A stretch of DNA of 64,000 nt, taken from the NCBI GenBank assembly GCA_016211945.1, contig JACRHV010000004.1:66649-130648 (forward strand). Direction: 5' to 3'. This document shows positions 8,408 to 18,875 of this stretch, piece by piece. The stretch comes from Minisyncoccota bacterium (GTDB taxonomy: Bacteria > Patescibacteriota > Microgenomatia > UBA1400 > UBA12028). The notes beneath the pieces are model-generated. The model saw only the letters and a program-made list of their open reading frames with translations, was not told where the DNA came from and ran no database searches. Each line of letters starts with the position of its first letter. Position 1 is the stretch's first letter. The position numbers and the translations under genes were made by a program.

Positions 8408-9892
8408 TCATTTGGAGAGAAGAAACAGAGTGATTGATTTGTTCGTGACCATCAGTGTTTCAAGTCTCTTTGCGTACTTGGGTCCAAACTGCGTTACTTC
8501 CCAATGCGGAAGGTTTATTGGGTCTTTTTCCCCTTCTTCCCGTATCACATAGAGTACATCAGCATCTTGATATCTGTACTCGCTTACCGGTATATATCCA
8601 TCTCGCTCGAGTAAAAACCGATATTCATATCCCAAACCTGTCATGCCGTCGGAGCTGTCCTTAAAAATTGTAAATCGCTTGATCCCTCTTACATCGATAT
8701 CTTGCTCTATTGCATGAACCACTCGCGTAAGATTTGATAATGTCCGATATGTTGGTGAGTACAATGGAAATAATTTTGGTATCCATTGCACAAGGATGAG
8801 CAGCACAACTCCACTCATCATCAGTTTTATTTTCGATACATGTCCAATCATGAAAGATACAAAAAGCAATACGACGGTGCAAGGAACAATGAGATAGTAT
8901 GAGAATAAATATCCCTTATAGATCATGAGTAAACCGAGAACAGAACTTGTGAGAATGGTCAACACACCAGCATACGTATATGATGTATGTGATCTTGCTT
9001 TTTTTCTCTGCTTCCAGATTGTTATGAGACCTAAGCCTACTGCGATAAGAATCGCACCCTGTGTCCAGATATTTCCTCCAATGAATTGGAGAACCTTCTC
9101 AGTTTTTTCTGCGAGCGTCCAGTGCGGCAACGTACTGACAATACCCCCTCCCCGTGCCGATAAAAGAATGTAGGAAAGAAATGCTCGGGAATTGATGAAT
9201 CCGTGTCGAAGATCAAAAAGAAGAAGTGGGGAGGCCATGAGAAAAACTCCAAACATGTGCATACATGTTTGCCACACTTTTGCCCATATTTTTTTCTCAC
9301 CGTACACCAGAATAGAAACAACATACCCCGGAAATAACAGCAATGCGCTAAAATGCAGATGAAGAAATAGCCCAAACGAGACACCCGTTACGATGGACCA
9401 AAATGTTTTTGGCCGCTCCAATGACTTTATGAGCGTAGCAACAAAAAGAACAACAACGATTGAAAGCATCGGTTGATGCGTTGCACCACGACTCGCGGAA
9501 ACAAGAAGCGGTTGGAACATAAACAGCAGTGCGAATACAATTCCCGCAGAATACGATCCATACTTTCGCTGTACATGAAATCCCAAAAGTAAAGTAAAAA
9601 CCGCTAACACCACAAAAAGTAAAGAAATAATCTCCGGCACAAAGCCAAAGACGCGATAGCACAATGCAATAGCATAGAAATACAGCGGACCGAGGTAAAA
9701 CCCTCCAACGCTTGCCTGCGCCCCGAGTAATGTCAACTTCCCATGGAGGATTCGCAAAGCAAACAGACTATCTCTGCCAAAATCACTATCGAATTGAATA
9801 CTTGAAAAAAGGCCGTATATTCGAATAAAAAATGCAATGACACAGAGAAAAATGAGAAATACTCTGATATACGATGAATAACTTCTCTTCAT
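8408..9892 (-). CDS. polytopic membrane protein, putative GT-C-like glycosyltransferase (uncharacterised family; paralog of 59679..61166 and 61167..62699)
   Basis: 494 aa with more than 10 helices. The N-terminal loop motif FDSDFGRDSLFALRILHGKLTLLGAQASVGGFYLGPLYFYAIAL is shared with the two other paralogs. Confidence 0.5.
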   Translation of the reverse strand: MKRSYSSYIRVFLIFLCVIAFFIRIYGLFSSIQFDSDFGRDSLFALRILHGKLTLLGAQASVGGFYLGPLYFYAIALCYRVFGFVPEIISLLFVVLAVFTLLLGFHVQRKYGSYSAGIVFALLFMFQPLLVSASRGATHQPMLSIVVVLFVATLIKSLERPKTFWSIVTGVSFGLFLHLHFSALLLFPGYVVSILVYGEKKIWAKVWQTCMHMFGVFLMASPLLLFDLRHGFINSRAFLSYILLSARGGGIVSTLPHWTLAEKTEKVLQFIGGNIWTQGAILIAVGLGLITIWKQRKKARSHTSYTYAGVLTILTSSVLGLLMIYKGYLFSYYLIVPCTVVLLFVSFMIGHVSKIKLMMSGVVLLILVQWIPKLFPLYSPTYRTLSNLTRVVHAIEQDIDVRGIKRFTIFKDSSDGMTGLGYEYRFLLERDGYIPVSEYRYQDADVLYVIREEGEKDPINLPHWEVTQFGPKYAKRLETLMVTNKSITLFLLSK

Positions 9893-11550
9893 TTCGCTCT
9901 CTCACGAACACTGTAGATGTTACAGAGATTGTAGCAACCTGTCTTTTCTAACGAAAGGAGAAAGGCATCTCTAAGTTGATTCATGGATTGATGGAGATAC
10001 GATTCATTGCCTAAACCATACGTCATCGCATACAGTGGCCTTCCCATCTTGAGATAGCTTCTATACAGTGCGAGCAAGTCCGAGTAGTCATGGTCACCCC
10101 ATACTTCCTTTTTCTGAGAACGAAACTCCTGATCTTTAGAGAGGGGTAAAAGGTCATAGGTGTTTTTTGAAAAGTAATCGAAGAAATAGGGTGGAATTGC
10201 AGAGATCACGATGGGCCTCTTCCCATCATTCGTCTGATGATCTTTCATAAATGCTTCTGTTTCTTGTATCGAGATATACCACCATGGCGTCTCCGCGTAT
10301 TTTATATTCACCATGATTTGGCGTTTTATTCTAAAGATGTTTGTGACACCAAAAATCAATACGTATCCAATAAAAAGAATGTACCATATTTTCTCTTTCC
10401 TCATGGCACAGCAGTACTCAAAGAAAATCTGCATCATCCAACCAAATCCTATCAGAAGAAAAGGGATAGAAAAGAGAAGATATCGCATGTCAGGTAGATA
10501 AAACGTCGACATGAAAAGAACCTCTCCTAAAAGGAGGGATAAAAGAACTGACGCGTATTTTTTCCAGGTCGATGAAAAAAGGCGCAATACCAAACCAGCA
10601 AGTCCCCATGAGGCGACAAATCCCGGAAGAATCGGTGTGTAGTCCCATAAAAACTTCATTCCTTCACCGTGTAATCCTCTCCAATGAAAGAGTAAATTAT
10701 TCGGCAGATATCGAAGTGAAAACCATGCGTGTTGCGCCACAACCGCTTCTCCTTGATCACCTCGTGAGGAGTTGTATTGATTCCAAAAACTCAAGAGTAT
10801 CCCCCATGCTGCACCAAACACATTCCTCCCCTGTAAGGAATAATCTAACGCAATGAAACCAAGAAAACAGATTGATAAGCATGCGATGTACTTCTTGAGA
10901 TATGGCGTGTTCTTATAGTGAAAGAAATAGAGGACGGCGAATACGATGGTGAGTGGTGCGTATGCGTACTTCACTCCGTAAAAAAGTATTGATACGATTC
11001 CAGCGTGTAATGCATTTCTTGTAGATTTCACTTCCAAAAAGAGGGACAGCCCATAGAGCATCATTGGAAGCATGAGGTTTTCTGCCATCGCCCATTGTGG
11101 ATACCAAGAAATGTAGTAATTCGTTACATACGCAAAGAAAAGAAATACTTGTATATACTCGTGCGGAACAACTTTTTTTACGATACGAACAAAAAAGAGA
11201 TAAGCCACAATGGCAAAAATGTAGTTTGCTGCATAAAACATTCTTGGGTCATTTTTCAATACAAAAAATGGTAAAAGCGTGAAAGAGTAGAACGGGGCAA
11301 CACTTGGAACAAAAGAGTATCCGTTGCGATACATGGAAAAACCATGACCTGCTAAAAAAGAACGAATCGGGACAATGTAGTGGAATGTGTCTGGGAATGG
11401 TTCAAAATTTGGAATAAGCGTACGCACAGAAAATGGGTTTCTTGCGAGCAAAAGGACAAGTAGAAACCCCGCTGCCCAGGGAGAGATTCGCAACCAATAC
11501 GCACGCGGAGGAAGTTTTGAGATGAAATTTTTTAACACAACACCGATCAT
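9889..11550 (-). CDS. polytopic membrane protein, putative GT-C-like glycosyltransferase
   Basis: 553 aa with many helices. Early loop motif FEPFPDTFHYIVPIRSF (a D-x-x-H-Y type). ATGA overlap with the downstream gene. Confidence 0.45.
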   Translation of the reverse strand: MIGVVLKNFISKLPPRAYWLRISPWAAGFLLVLLLARNPFSVRTLIPNFEPFPDTFHYIVPIRSFLAGHGFSMYRNGYSFVPSVAPFYSFTLLPFFVLKNDPRMFYAANYIFAIVAYLFFVRIVKKVVPHEYIQVFLFFAYVTNYYISWYPQWAMAENLMLPMMLYGLSLFLEVKSTRNALHAGIVSILFYGVKYAYAPLTIVFAVLYFFHYKNTPYLKKYIACLSICFLGFIALDYSLQGRNVFGAAWGILLSFWNQYNSSRGDQGEAVVAQHAWFSLRYLPNNLLFHWRGLHGEGMKFLWDYTPILPGFVASWGLAGLVLRLFSSTWKKYASVLLSLLLGEVLFMSTFYLPDMRYLLFSIPFLLIGFGWMMQIFFEYCCAMRKEKIWYILFIGYVLIFGVTNIFRIKRQIMVNIKYAETPWWYISIQETEAFMKDHQTNDGKRPIVISAIPPYFFDYFSKNTYDLLPLSKDQEFRSQKKEVWGDHDYSDLLALYRSYLKMGRPLYAMTYGLGNESYLHQSMNQLRDAFLLSLEKTGCYNLCNIYSVRERAK

Positions 11551-11563
11551 ATCTGTCGTTATA

Positions 11564-13132
11564 TCAAGTCTTTGGTAAAAACGCTACAAGCTCTTTTTTA
11601 AATCGTTCGCGACTGAAATACTGACTTCTCTCTAATGCCTTCCTACTTTTTTCCTTCAATATTTTGGGATCTTGAATCAGTAGTATCGTGTATCGCATGA
11701 GTTCTTCTCTAGTATTCCACACAAAACCGCAGTCTTGTGTCACAATTTCTGGCTGACCACCGCAGTTAATGACGACCGGAACACAGCCAGAAGCCATCGC
11801 CTCCACCGTTGTAATTCCAAAATGTTCTAATCGAACCGGATATCGTTCGTTGTCTTCGTCTAATCCAGTTGCATGCCAATAAATCTTGGCTTCTGAGAGT
11901 AGCGTTCGGAGTTCGGTAAATGAAACGTTTGTATGAAGAAAGATCGGATATCCCAATGATTCTTCCTTTATTGACTCCACATACTGCCGATGCGCATGAC
12001 CTTCGGCGATACCTCCAACAAAATGGAGCTCCCAATCTTTCAAGCCGGTCTCGACAAGACGTTTAAATACCCGAGCCATGTCGAGTTGTTTCTTTGAGTG
12101 CCCCCCCAGAAAAAACCTCCCCACATGCATAATGATATTTTTTTTCTGCTTCGCGGGTGCGAACGCTTTCACATCAACAGGAGGATACAGTATCCCGCTT
12201 CTCATCCCCCAGTATCGATGAATCCAGTCCTGTGAAAACTTTGATATTGCTATTACACGATCATATGAGTCTATGTCCGAAAAACGCGTGGGAGAAGGAC
12301 CGCCGTGCAGACGCATCTCCCAAGTTGGAAATAATGATTTAAATAAGTTATAGAGCATATATCGCGGATGATTAATACTCATACTGGTGAGTGCAATTGC
12401 ATCCGAGTACTCGGACTCCGGAAGTACAATGGTTAAACCAGTATCTTTTACCGGCACAGTAAAGGTAAATTCGTATTGAATTGCGTTTGAAACTCTATTG
12501 ACGATACGCGAGACAGGCTCAACCTTCATTTTCCCCAAGCGGAAAAAAATCTGATCAATGCATGAGAATGCGAGATAGTCCACACGTAGTTCGATACAAA
12601 GATGGTGCGTATTTTGATTAAAGTAAATTGTTGATTCTTTTCCAAGCCATTTATAGAGCCTACCACCGCGATATTCATCGTATCGAAATCCTTCAAACTG
12701 CGACGGATAAATAAAAAAACGACGAAGTGATGGAATAATATGCGCACGTTTCATGTACTCATACACAGAAACCTTTATCCTTGACGGAAAGAAGATCGAA
12801 AGAACACCGTATTTGCTTCTATTGGGAATGTAATCCAAATATGAATTCGAAACGAAAACATCATACCCTTCCGTATATTGGCTCAATTGATAATCGAGGA
12901 AATTGGGAAGATACCGCATAGTGATGTCGTGAAGATCCACATGCATTTTGCTTTCAGCTTCATGCATATCGAACTTTTTATGTGTCAAAATCTCTGTGCG
13001 ATACCCTAAATCACGAAGTGTTTCCGCATATGCAAACGCCACTTGCTCTCCACCGCCTAGTGTGTGAAGCCAGCGGTCATATACTGCCGCCCTTTTTTGT
13101 TTACGATCTTTCTTTTTTATTGTGTCTGGCAT
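11564..13132 (-). CDS. family 4 glycosyltransferase with a large N-terminal extension domain
   Basis: C-terminal EHFGITTVEAMASGCVPVVINCGGQPEIV (GT-B EX7E region). Start chosen at MPDTIKKKDRK, which is preceded by GAGGATAAAAGG. Confidence 0.7.
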   Translation of the reverse strand: MPDTIKKKDRKQKRAAVYDRWLHTLGGGEQVAFAYAETLRDLGYRTEILTHKKFDMHEAESKMHVDLHDITMRYLPNFLDYQLSQYTEGYDVFVSNSYLDYIPNRSKYGVLSIFFPSRIKVSVYEYMKRAHIIPSLRRFFIYPSQFEGFRYDEYRGGRLYKWLGKESTIYFNQNTHHLCIELRVDYLAFSCIDQIFFRLGKMKVEPVSRIVNRVSNAIQYEFTFTVPVKDTGLTIVLPESEYSDAIALTSMSINHPRYMLYNLFKSLFPTWEMRLHGGPSPTRFSDIDSYDRVIAISKFSQDWIHRYWGMRSGILYPPVDVKAFAPAKQKKNIIMHVGRFFLGGHSKKQLDMARVFKRLVETGLKDWELHFVGGIAEGHAHRQYVESIKEESLGYPIFLHTNVSFTELRTLLSEAKIYWHATGLDEDNERYPVRLEHFGITTVEAMASGCVPVVINCGGQPEIVTQDCGFVWNTREELMRYTILLIQDPKILKEKSRKALERSQYFSRERFKKELVAFLPKT

Positions 13133-13146
13133 CCTTTTATCCTCTG

Positions 13147-14583
13147 CTAATACAGCGATGTATACAATGATTGTATGGATCTCTTCTCCTGTCTCCCCAA
13201 CATCCATCGTTTGTGTAACAGCTCGAACATGTGGACAAATATCCACCGCAACACTTCAAGTCGAAACTTCTGTCTCTCTTCCCACAACTCGAACTTCATC
13301 CAACTTCCCTTTACTCCCCATTTCATCATCCTGATGTACGAGATCAACCAGGCCATACATTGCATAACAAGTTGTTTTCCAACAACGATCCATGGAAACT
13401 GTTTGATGACAAGTGCTAAATGGTTTCTCTCCGCGTGATACTGAACGAAGGAAGACCACTCTCCACTGGAGGCTGAGTGGATATGGTGAACAACTGCCTT
13501 TGGCTCATATGCTATATCGTATCCCATACGCCACATACGAAGACTGAGATCGATATCCTCGTAGTACATGAAGAATGACTCATCAAACCCGCCGAGATTC
13601 ATAAAGACATCTCTTTTTAATAACACGTTCACTCCGCAAAATGCGATGATCTTCCGATCTACGGCGTAGTACGGATTATCGATTTCGTATCGTTGCATGT
13701 GGTGTTTTGCCGTAACCCCCAAGTCCCGAACATATCCGTTCTTGAACACAGCGTTGCCTGCGTTTTGCACCGCGTAGAGCGCGTGCTTCTTTAGCGCAGT
13801 TTTAGGAATTGTAATCGAGTATTGCTTGACCTGTGCTGGCTCAAGCACATGTTTTTCGAGCTCAGTTTCACCCAGCTTAACCACGAATGGGGTTTTCAGT
13901 CCGGATCTCCCCTTTTGAGAACGCATTGTCATTGTTAGAGATATTTTTTCACCATTGGGATCGAAGGGGATGAGTAAACGTCCATCCCCATTTGTCCACC
14001 GAGCGATGATCGTTCCTTTTTCTTTTTCGTAAAATCCGGAACGGTACTGCACAAGGTGTTGAAGTGATTTGTCCTCTATCTCAACATGTTCAACAAGCAC
14101 ACCGACTTGTTGAAAATCAGCAGTTTGCGTAAACTCAGATTTGGTGAACACATCCGAGACAATGCGAAGTTCGATAAAGGGATACCACAGAAGTGACTTT
14201 CCATTCACAGCGCCAATACTTCGTGACGATTCCGCGCGATGCACTAACGCTGTCAACCAATCGGGGTCCACAGTCGTGTCATTATTCAGCAGTACGACGT
14301 ATGTTCCACGAGCATGCTTCACACCCAGATTGTTCCCACCAGCAAATCCTACATTATGCTCGCTCTCTATGATATGAACCTCTGGATATTCTCTTTTGAG
14401 ATATGCAACAGAGTCATCCCAAGAATTGTTGTCGACAACAACGATCTCAAGCTGTGATTCTGGAAAATGGAGAAGGTAGAGAGAATCTAAACACGATTTT
14501 AAAAAACGTTTTCCGTTATAATTGACAATAATGATGGATACAATCGGATGTTTTTGCATATTTGAATACAACTGTTTCTTCAC
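13147..14583 (-). CDS. family 2 glycosyltransferase with a C-terminal extension
   Basis: IVSIIIVNYNGKRFLKSCLDSL...VVVDNNSWDDS...NVGFAGGNNLGVKHARGTYVVLLNNDTTVDPDWL. Confidence 0.8.
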   Translation of the reverse strand: MKKQLYSNMQKHPIVSIIIVNYNGKRFLKSCLDSLYLLHFPESQLEIVVVDNNSWDDSVAYLKREYPEVHIIESEHNVGFAGGNNLGVKHARGTYVVLLNNDTTVDPDWLTALVHRAESSRSIGAVNGKSLLWYPFIELRIVSDVFTKSEFTQTADFQQVGVLVEHVEIEDKSLQHLVQYRSGFYEKEKGTIIARWTNGDGRLLIPFDPNGEKISLTMTMRSQKGRSGLKTPFVVKLGETELEKHVLEPAQVKQYSITIPKTALKKHALYAVQNAGNAVFKNGYVRDLGVTAKHHMQRYEIDNPYYAVDRKIIAFCGVNVLLKRDVFMNLGGFDESFFMYYEDIDLSLRMWRMGYDIAYEPKAVVHHIHSASSGEWSSFVQYHAERNHLALVIKQFPWIVVGKQLVMQCMAWLISYIRMMKWGVKGSWMKFELWEERQKFRLEVLRWIFVHMFELLHKRWMLGRQEKRSIQSLYTSLY

Positions 14584-14613
14584 CTACAGTATACTATAAA
14601 AAAAGATCATAAT

Positions 14614-16623
14614 ATGAAATTTGCTTTTTTTTATTTCTTCTTCATTTTTTTTACTCTAGCTTTTTTCTCTTCTGGTGTACTGGATTCAGAAGACAGTTGG
14701 CTATATGTTTCTGTCGCAAAAAACATCTACTACAATCATGAGATAACAGCCGCACCAAATGAATATGCGCAAAGAAAGAACGTGAATTTTAACGCTACAC
14801 TCGGAGCAGATGGAAAATGGAGGACATCACAAGCGCTAGGATATTCGATTGCAATGGTACCAGCAGTAGCGCTGTCCGATGTAGTTCATAGATATTATGG
14901 AGTTCCCTCAACAAATCATTTTCCTCTAGAACACGACTGGACTCTCCATTTTTTTGCCAGTTTTACAAACTCATTTTTAGCGGCTCTCCTTGCTGTGTAT
15001 ATCTATTTTTACGGCATACTCCTAGGTCTACCCAAAAAATCTGCCCTCATCCTTAGTCTCTTTGTGACCTTTGCTACTATCGTGATGCCGATGTCAAAAC
15101 TAGGTTTTGCGCAGATGTTGTTCACATCGGCATTGGTCGCAACCTGGTATCATATGACCCGTTGGCTAAAATTATCTGAAAGAAAAGACATTGTTTTTTT
15201 CTGTGTAACTTTCGGAACTCTTATTCTCTCATATAACTCTTCTTATCTTCTTACAATCCCGCCACTCGCGCTTTATGTGTATCTTGTTCTTTTAAAGAAA
15301 TATGACTGGCTTGCACAACATCACAAAAGGAATCTTCTTTTTCTTGTCATTGGCGGCATTGTTTGTTCTTTTCTTTTTTTCTCCCCATCAATTCTTTCAG
15401 TTTTAGAAGCGTTTCGCCCCAAAGCATTGTTTGAAGGAGTCTGGGGATTTTTGCTAAGCCCTGGCAAAAGTGTTTTTTTGTACAATCCACCACTTATTAT
15501 TTTGCTCATTTTTTGGTACAAAATCCCAAAAAAATATATGCCAGAAACAATATCGTGGATCTTTCTTGCTTTCCTCTATCTCTTTGTTTATGGATCAGCA
15601 CGCCTCAGAGAGGATGTGTATATTTGGCACGGCGGTATGGGGTGGGGTGCTCGATACATTTTTCCTCTCGTTCCTTTTTTTGCGATGCTCGCGTATCTCA
15701 CTACCCAACGTCTTTCATCACTCCAAAGAAAATTGGTGTGGTATCCGTTTATCGCATTGAGCATCTTTATACAGATCATAGGTTCAACAATTCCATATCT
15801 CGTTCAATACCGCAGTCTTCCATACAACATTTTCATCAATAAAATGGAAATTCTTCACTACGATTATGCAAGTTTTCTCCCCAGATACTCTCCGCTCATC
15901 CTGATGCTGAGAGAGTTTAAAACAAAATTGCGAGAGCTCCCTCTTACGATTGATCATGGTGATTACAAAGCACGACTTGTTGACGGGTTCAACCCACCAC
16001 TCAAGATAGGAAACGGAGCATTTCGTGGAATACAACGTCAAGGATATCTGGAATATCAACAGCAGAAATCTCGACCGCTAAAATCCATAGCCCTTAGTCT
16101 TTACAATGCACCAGACAATCCAAGCATAGGAACATACTCTGCGCTGCTACAACTCAAGTTGAACGAACACCAAATTGAACAAGACATTATTATTCCCTCT
16201 CAAAAAGATGTAACTTCTCGTCTCCAAATCCCAGACGGAATAGAAAAACAAGCAGATAATCTTATTGAATTTTCTGTGCAATATATAGGAACGTCATCGG
16301 CACACCAAGTACTGTACGTAAAATCGCTTGCGTTTAATGACGCCCCCATCAATATTCGTTCTCTCGATTATCCGGATCTTTCCGCATTAGGAGAAAAAAC
16401 GAGTAATCGACCATATCGAGTATTTGGGAAAGAACGGAAAGACCTCTGGGAGTTATGGAATCTTCGTGCTCGTATTTCTGAGGAAACATTTGATCTTTGG
16501 TGGATTAAAAATTTGTATTATTGGGACCGACCTCAAAATCTTGTTTGGGCCTTATTTTGTGTAAATGTTGCGGGAATATTTGTCACAGGCTGGTATGTCT
16601 TTCGTCGAGTGATGTATACTTAA
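14614..16623 (+). CDS. large polytopic membrane protein with a C-terminal soluble domain, putative GT-C-like
   Basis: 669 aa. The N-terminal half has 12 or more hydrophobic helices and an early loop DSEDSWLYVSVAKNIYYNHE. The C-terminal ~250 aa are hydrophilic. Confidence 0.45.
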   Translation: MKFAFFYFFFIFFTLAFFSSGVLDSEDSWLYVSVAKNIYYNHEITAAPNEYAQRKNVNFNATLGADGKWRTSQALGYSIAMVPAVALSDVVHRYYGVPSTNHFPLEHDWTLHFFASFTNSFLAALLAVYIYFYGILLGLPKKSALILSLFVTFATIVMPMSKLGFAQMLFTSALVATWYHMTRWLKLSERKDIVFFCVTFGTLILSYNSSYLLTIPPLALYVYLVLLKKYDWLAQHHKRNLLFLVIGGIVCSFLFFSPSILSVLEAFRPKALFEGVWGFLLSPGKSVFLYNPPLIILLIFWYKIPKKYMPETISWIFLAFLYLFVYGSARLREDVYIWHGGMGWGARYIFPLVPFFAMLAYLTTQRLSSLQRKLVWYPFIALSIFIQIIGSTIPYLVQYRSLPYNIFINKMEILHYDYASFLPRYSPLILMLREFKTKLRELPLTIDHGDYKARLVDGFNPPLKIGNGAFRGIQRQGYLEYQQQKSRPLKSIALSLYNAPDNPSIGTYSALLQLKLNEHQIEQDIIIPSQKDVTSRLQIPDGIEKQADNLIEFSVQYIGTSSAHQVLYVKSLAFNDAPINIRSLDYPDLSALGEKTSNRPYRVFGKERKDLWELWNLRARISEETFDLWWIKNLYYWDRPQNLVWALFCVNVAGIFVTGWYVFRRVMYT

Positions 16624-16629
16624 CACATC

Positions 16630-17412
16630 ATGATTTCAATCATACTGCGGCCGTTCCAGTCATACAAATATCTCTTGTTGCAACTTACACAGCGCGAGAT
16701 AAAATCTCGATATAAGCAGTCTTTTGTGGGTTATGCTTGGGTAATCCTGAACCCGTTAGCGCAACTTCTTGTGTATTCGTTTGTTTTTTCTGTTGTTTTC
16801 CGCTTCCCAACACATGATATTCCATACATCATTTTCTTGTATGCTGGTTTACTTCCTTGGGGACTTTTTCAAGGATCGATTTCAGCAGCAACACAATCGC
16901 TTGTTGAGAATGCACCTCTTATTCGCAAGGTGAATTTTCCACGTGAGATTATTCCATATTCCGTTGTTCTTGCAAAAATAGTCGATTTTCTTGTTTCTGC
17001 GCTTATTTTTATTGGATTTATGATCGCTTTTCGCGTTCCATTTTCATCAACCACGATCTATCTTGTCCCATTATTTTTCAGTCAACTCCTTCTTACTATT
17101 GGTATTTCGCTCATACTATCGGCAGGTAATCTGTTTTATAGAGATATTCAATACCTCGCAAATCTCCTACTTATGCTCTGGATGTACATGACTCCTGTTG
17201 TCTATCCTCTGTCACTTGTACCAACACAGTATGTTTGGTTCTATAAACTCAACCCCATGGTTGGTATTTTAGAGGGTTATCGATCTGCACTATTTAACTA
17301 CCCATTTGAATGGACTATTATATCTTGGTCTTTGGCTATTTCATGCCTCGTTTTTCTCATTGGATTTTTTGTATTTAAAAAAAGTGACAAGATTTTTGCG
17401 GATATTGCATAA
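16630..17412 (+). CDS. ABC-2 type polysaccharide/teichoic-acid exporter permease (Wzm/TagG/KpsM-like)
   Basis: 260 aa with 6 TM helices. N-terminus LLLQLTQREIKSRYKQSFVGYAWVILNPLAQLLVYSFVF is characteristic of ABC-2 permeases. Confidence 0.85.
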   Translation: MISIILRPFQSYKYLLLQLTQREIKSRYKQSFVGYAWVILNPLAQLLVYSFVFSVVFRFPTHDIPYIIFLYAGLLPWGLFQGSISAATQSLVENAPLIRKVNFPREIIPYSVVLAKIVDFLVSALIFIGFMIAFRVPFSSTTIYLVPLFFSQLLLTIGISLILSAGNLFYRDIQYLANLLLMLWMYMTPVVYPLSLVPTQYVWFYKLNPMVGILEGYRSALFNYPFEWTIISWSLAISCLVFLIGFFVFKKSDKIFADIA

Positions 17413-17413
17413 C

Positions 17414-18154
17414 ATGAATACGCCAATACACATTCCTGCTATTAGATTTGATCGGGTTTCAAAATCGTATTATCTTCAGGAGGATCGTACGTTTAAAGAC
17501 GTCATTCCAAGCTTGCTTCTTGGAAAGCCATGGGCAAAAAAACATATCGTGTTCCATGATTTGAATTTCTCTATCGCGCAGGGGGAAACTGTTGGAATTG
17601 TAGGAAAAAATGGAGCCGGAAAATCTACCATGTTGAAACTCATTGCAGGAGTAACGTACCCCAATACTGGTTCTGTTGTGGTTCAAGGTCGTGTTGCACC
17701 TCTTATTGAATTGGGTGCTGGTTTTCATCACGAACTATCCGGATATGAAAATATATTTCTAAACGCAGCGATTCTTGGTATGCACAAAAAAGAAATTGAG
17801 TTAAAAATAGATGAGATTATCAAGTTTAGTGAACTTGAAGAATTCATTCATGTTCCAGTAAAACGATATTCGTCTGGTATGCATATGAGGCTTGGATTTT
17901 CCGTTGCCATCCATGTTGATGTGCCGATCTTACTCATTGATGAAGTTCTTGCTGTTGGTGACCGAGATTTCCAGCAAAAATGTTTGAATAAACTTCAAGA
18001 GTTAAAGCAGAATAAACAAAAAACAATTGTTTTTGTAAGTCATAATGAAGAAGCGGTAAGAAGCTTTTGCGATCGAGCGATTCTTCTAGAACACGGGAAA
18101 ATTATTGAAGACGGAAATCCAAAGAGGGTGTTTGAACGATATAATAAGGCGTAA
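17414..18154 (+). CDS. ABC transporter ATP-binding protein (Wzt/TagH/KpsT-like), short form without a C-terminal glycan-binding domain
   Basis: Walker A GIVGKNGAGKST, signature YSSGMHMRLGFS, Walker B ILLIDEVLAVGD. Start set at MNTPIHIPAIRF immediately after the Wzm stop; the ORF-track extension to 17306 is probably spurious. Confidence 0.85.
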   Translation: MNTPIHIPAIRFDRVSKSYYLQEDRTFKDVIPSLLLGKPWAKKHIVFHDLNFSIAQGETVGIVGKNGAGKSTMLKLIAGVTYPNTGSVVVQGRVAPLIELGAGFHHELSGYENIFLNAAILGMHKKEIELKIDEIIKFSELEEFIHVPVKRYSSGMHMRLGFSVAIHVDVPILLIDEVLAVGDRDFQQKCLNKLQELKQNKQKTIVFVSHNEEAVRSFCDRAILLEHGKIIEDGNPKRVFERYNKA

Positions 18155-18155
18155 T

Positions 18156-18785
18156 TTATTTTTTGCCGCGAATAAAAAGCCAGTGATACCATTCTATCTT
18201 GTGCCAATCCATATTCCCTTGAACATCCTCTGCCTTCCAATTGAGCAGTGGTTTCCCCAAAATTTCTGGAGTTGGATTACAGTTTCTACAATCTTTAAAC
18301 CTCGCTTCCTTAAACCAGCGTTTTGCATCCTGATATGTCCATAACCAATGATGTACATCATACTCATTTTCATGTCCACCGACTGCCCATCGTTGGAGCC
18401 AATAGTTGCTTACTCGTTTTAGAGAAGAAGATGTACATATTTTTTCAAAGTCAGGAGTGACAATGAAAAATGTACCACCTGGCTTTAATATTCGATATAC
18501 CTCCTTTACAACTTCTACTGTTGTTCCATATCGTTTCTGCATTGATTTACTGCTATATTCTGGATGACAAAAGTGTTCCATGATGTGTACAGCACGTACT
18601 TCCTTCCTTACAAAATTATCTGGAATTGGTGTTTTCCGTACATCGGAAAGAATATCTAAATCGGGTAAATTTGGAAGAATATCAAGATGAACATATCCAG
18701 ATTCAGGATTGTTACCAGATCCGATTTCGAGTTTCTCAATACCATTGGGAAAAGATTGTAATACCTGATTTTTTTTCGTTAACAT
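18156..18785 (-). CDS. class I SAM-dependent methyltransferase
   Basis: SAM-binding motif LEIGSGNNPESGYVHLD, motif II ILKPGGTFFIVTPD. It is convergent with wzt, 1 nt apart. Confidence 0.7.
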   Translation of the reverse strand: MLTKKNQVLQSFPNGIEKLEIGSGNNPESGYVHLDILPNLPDLDILSDVRKTPIPDNFVRKEVRAVHIMEHFCHPEYSSKSMQKRYGTTVEVVKEVYRILKPGGTFFIVTPDFEKICTSSSLKRVSNYWLQRWAVGGHENEYDVHHWLWTYQDAKRWFKEARFKDCRNCNPTPEILGKPLLNWKAEDVQGNMDWHKIEWYHWLFIRGKK

Positions 18786-18875
18786 GTGCGTACCTCTGTA
18801 TTTATACTACGACATATTCGTGTAAAATAAAATCAACTGTCTTCGAATGAGATTAAAAAGTAAAGAGAAAATTCT
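18786..18875. promoter_or_regulatory. divergent promoter region between the methyltransferase (-) and the UDP-GlcA 4-epimerase-like gene (+)
   Basis: 90-bp AT-rich spacer containing tatttatact and taaaataaaa TATA-like hexamers. Inference only. Confidence 0.3.

Noticed and set aside
18156-18785. Whether the methyltransferase next to wzt is a WbdD-like kinase-methyltransferase chain terminator
   Set aside because: The protein has only a single methyltransferase domain. There is no kinase domain and no long coiled-coil, so it is not a WbdD ortholog. A simpler methyl-capping role remains possible and is kept only as a hypothesis.
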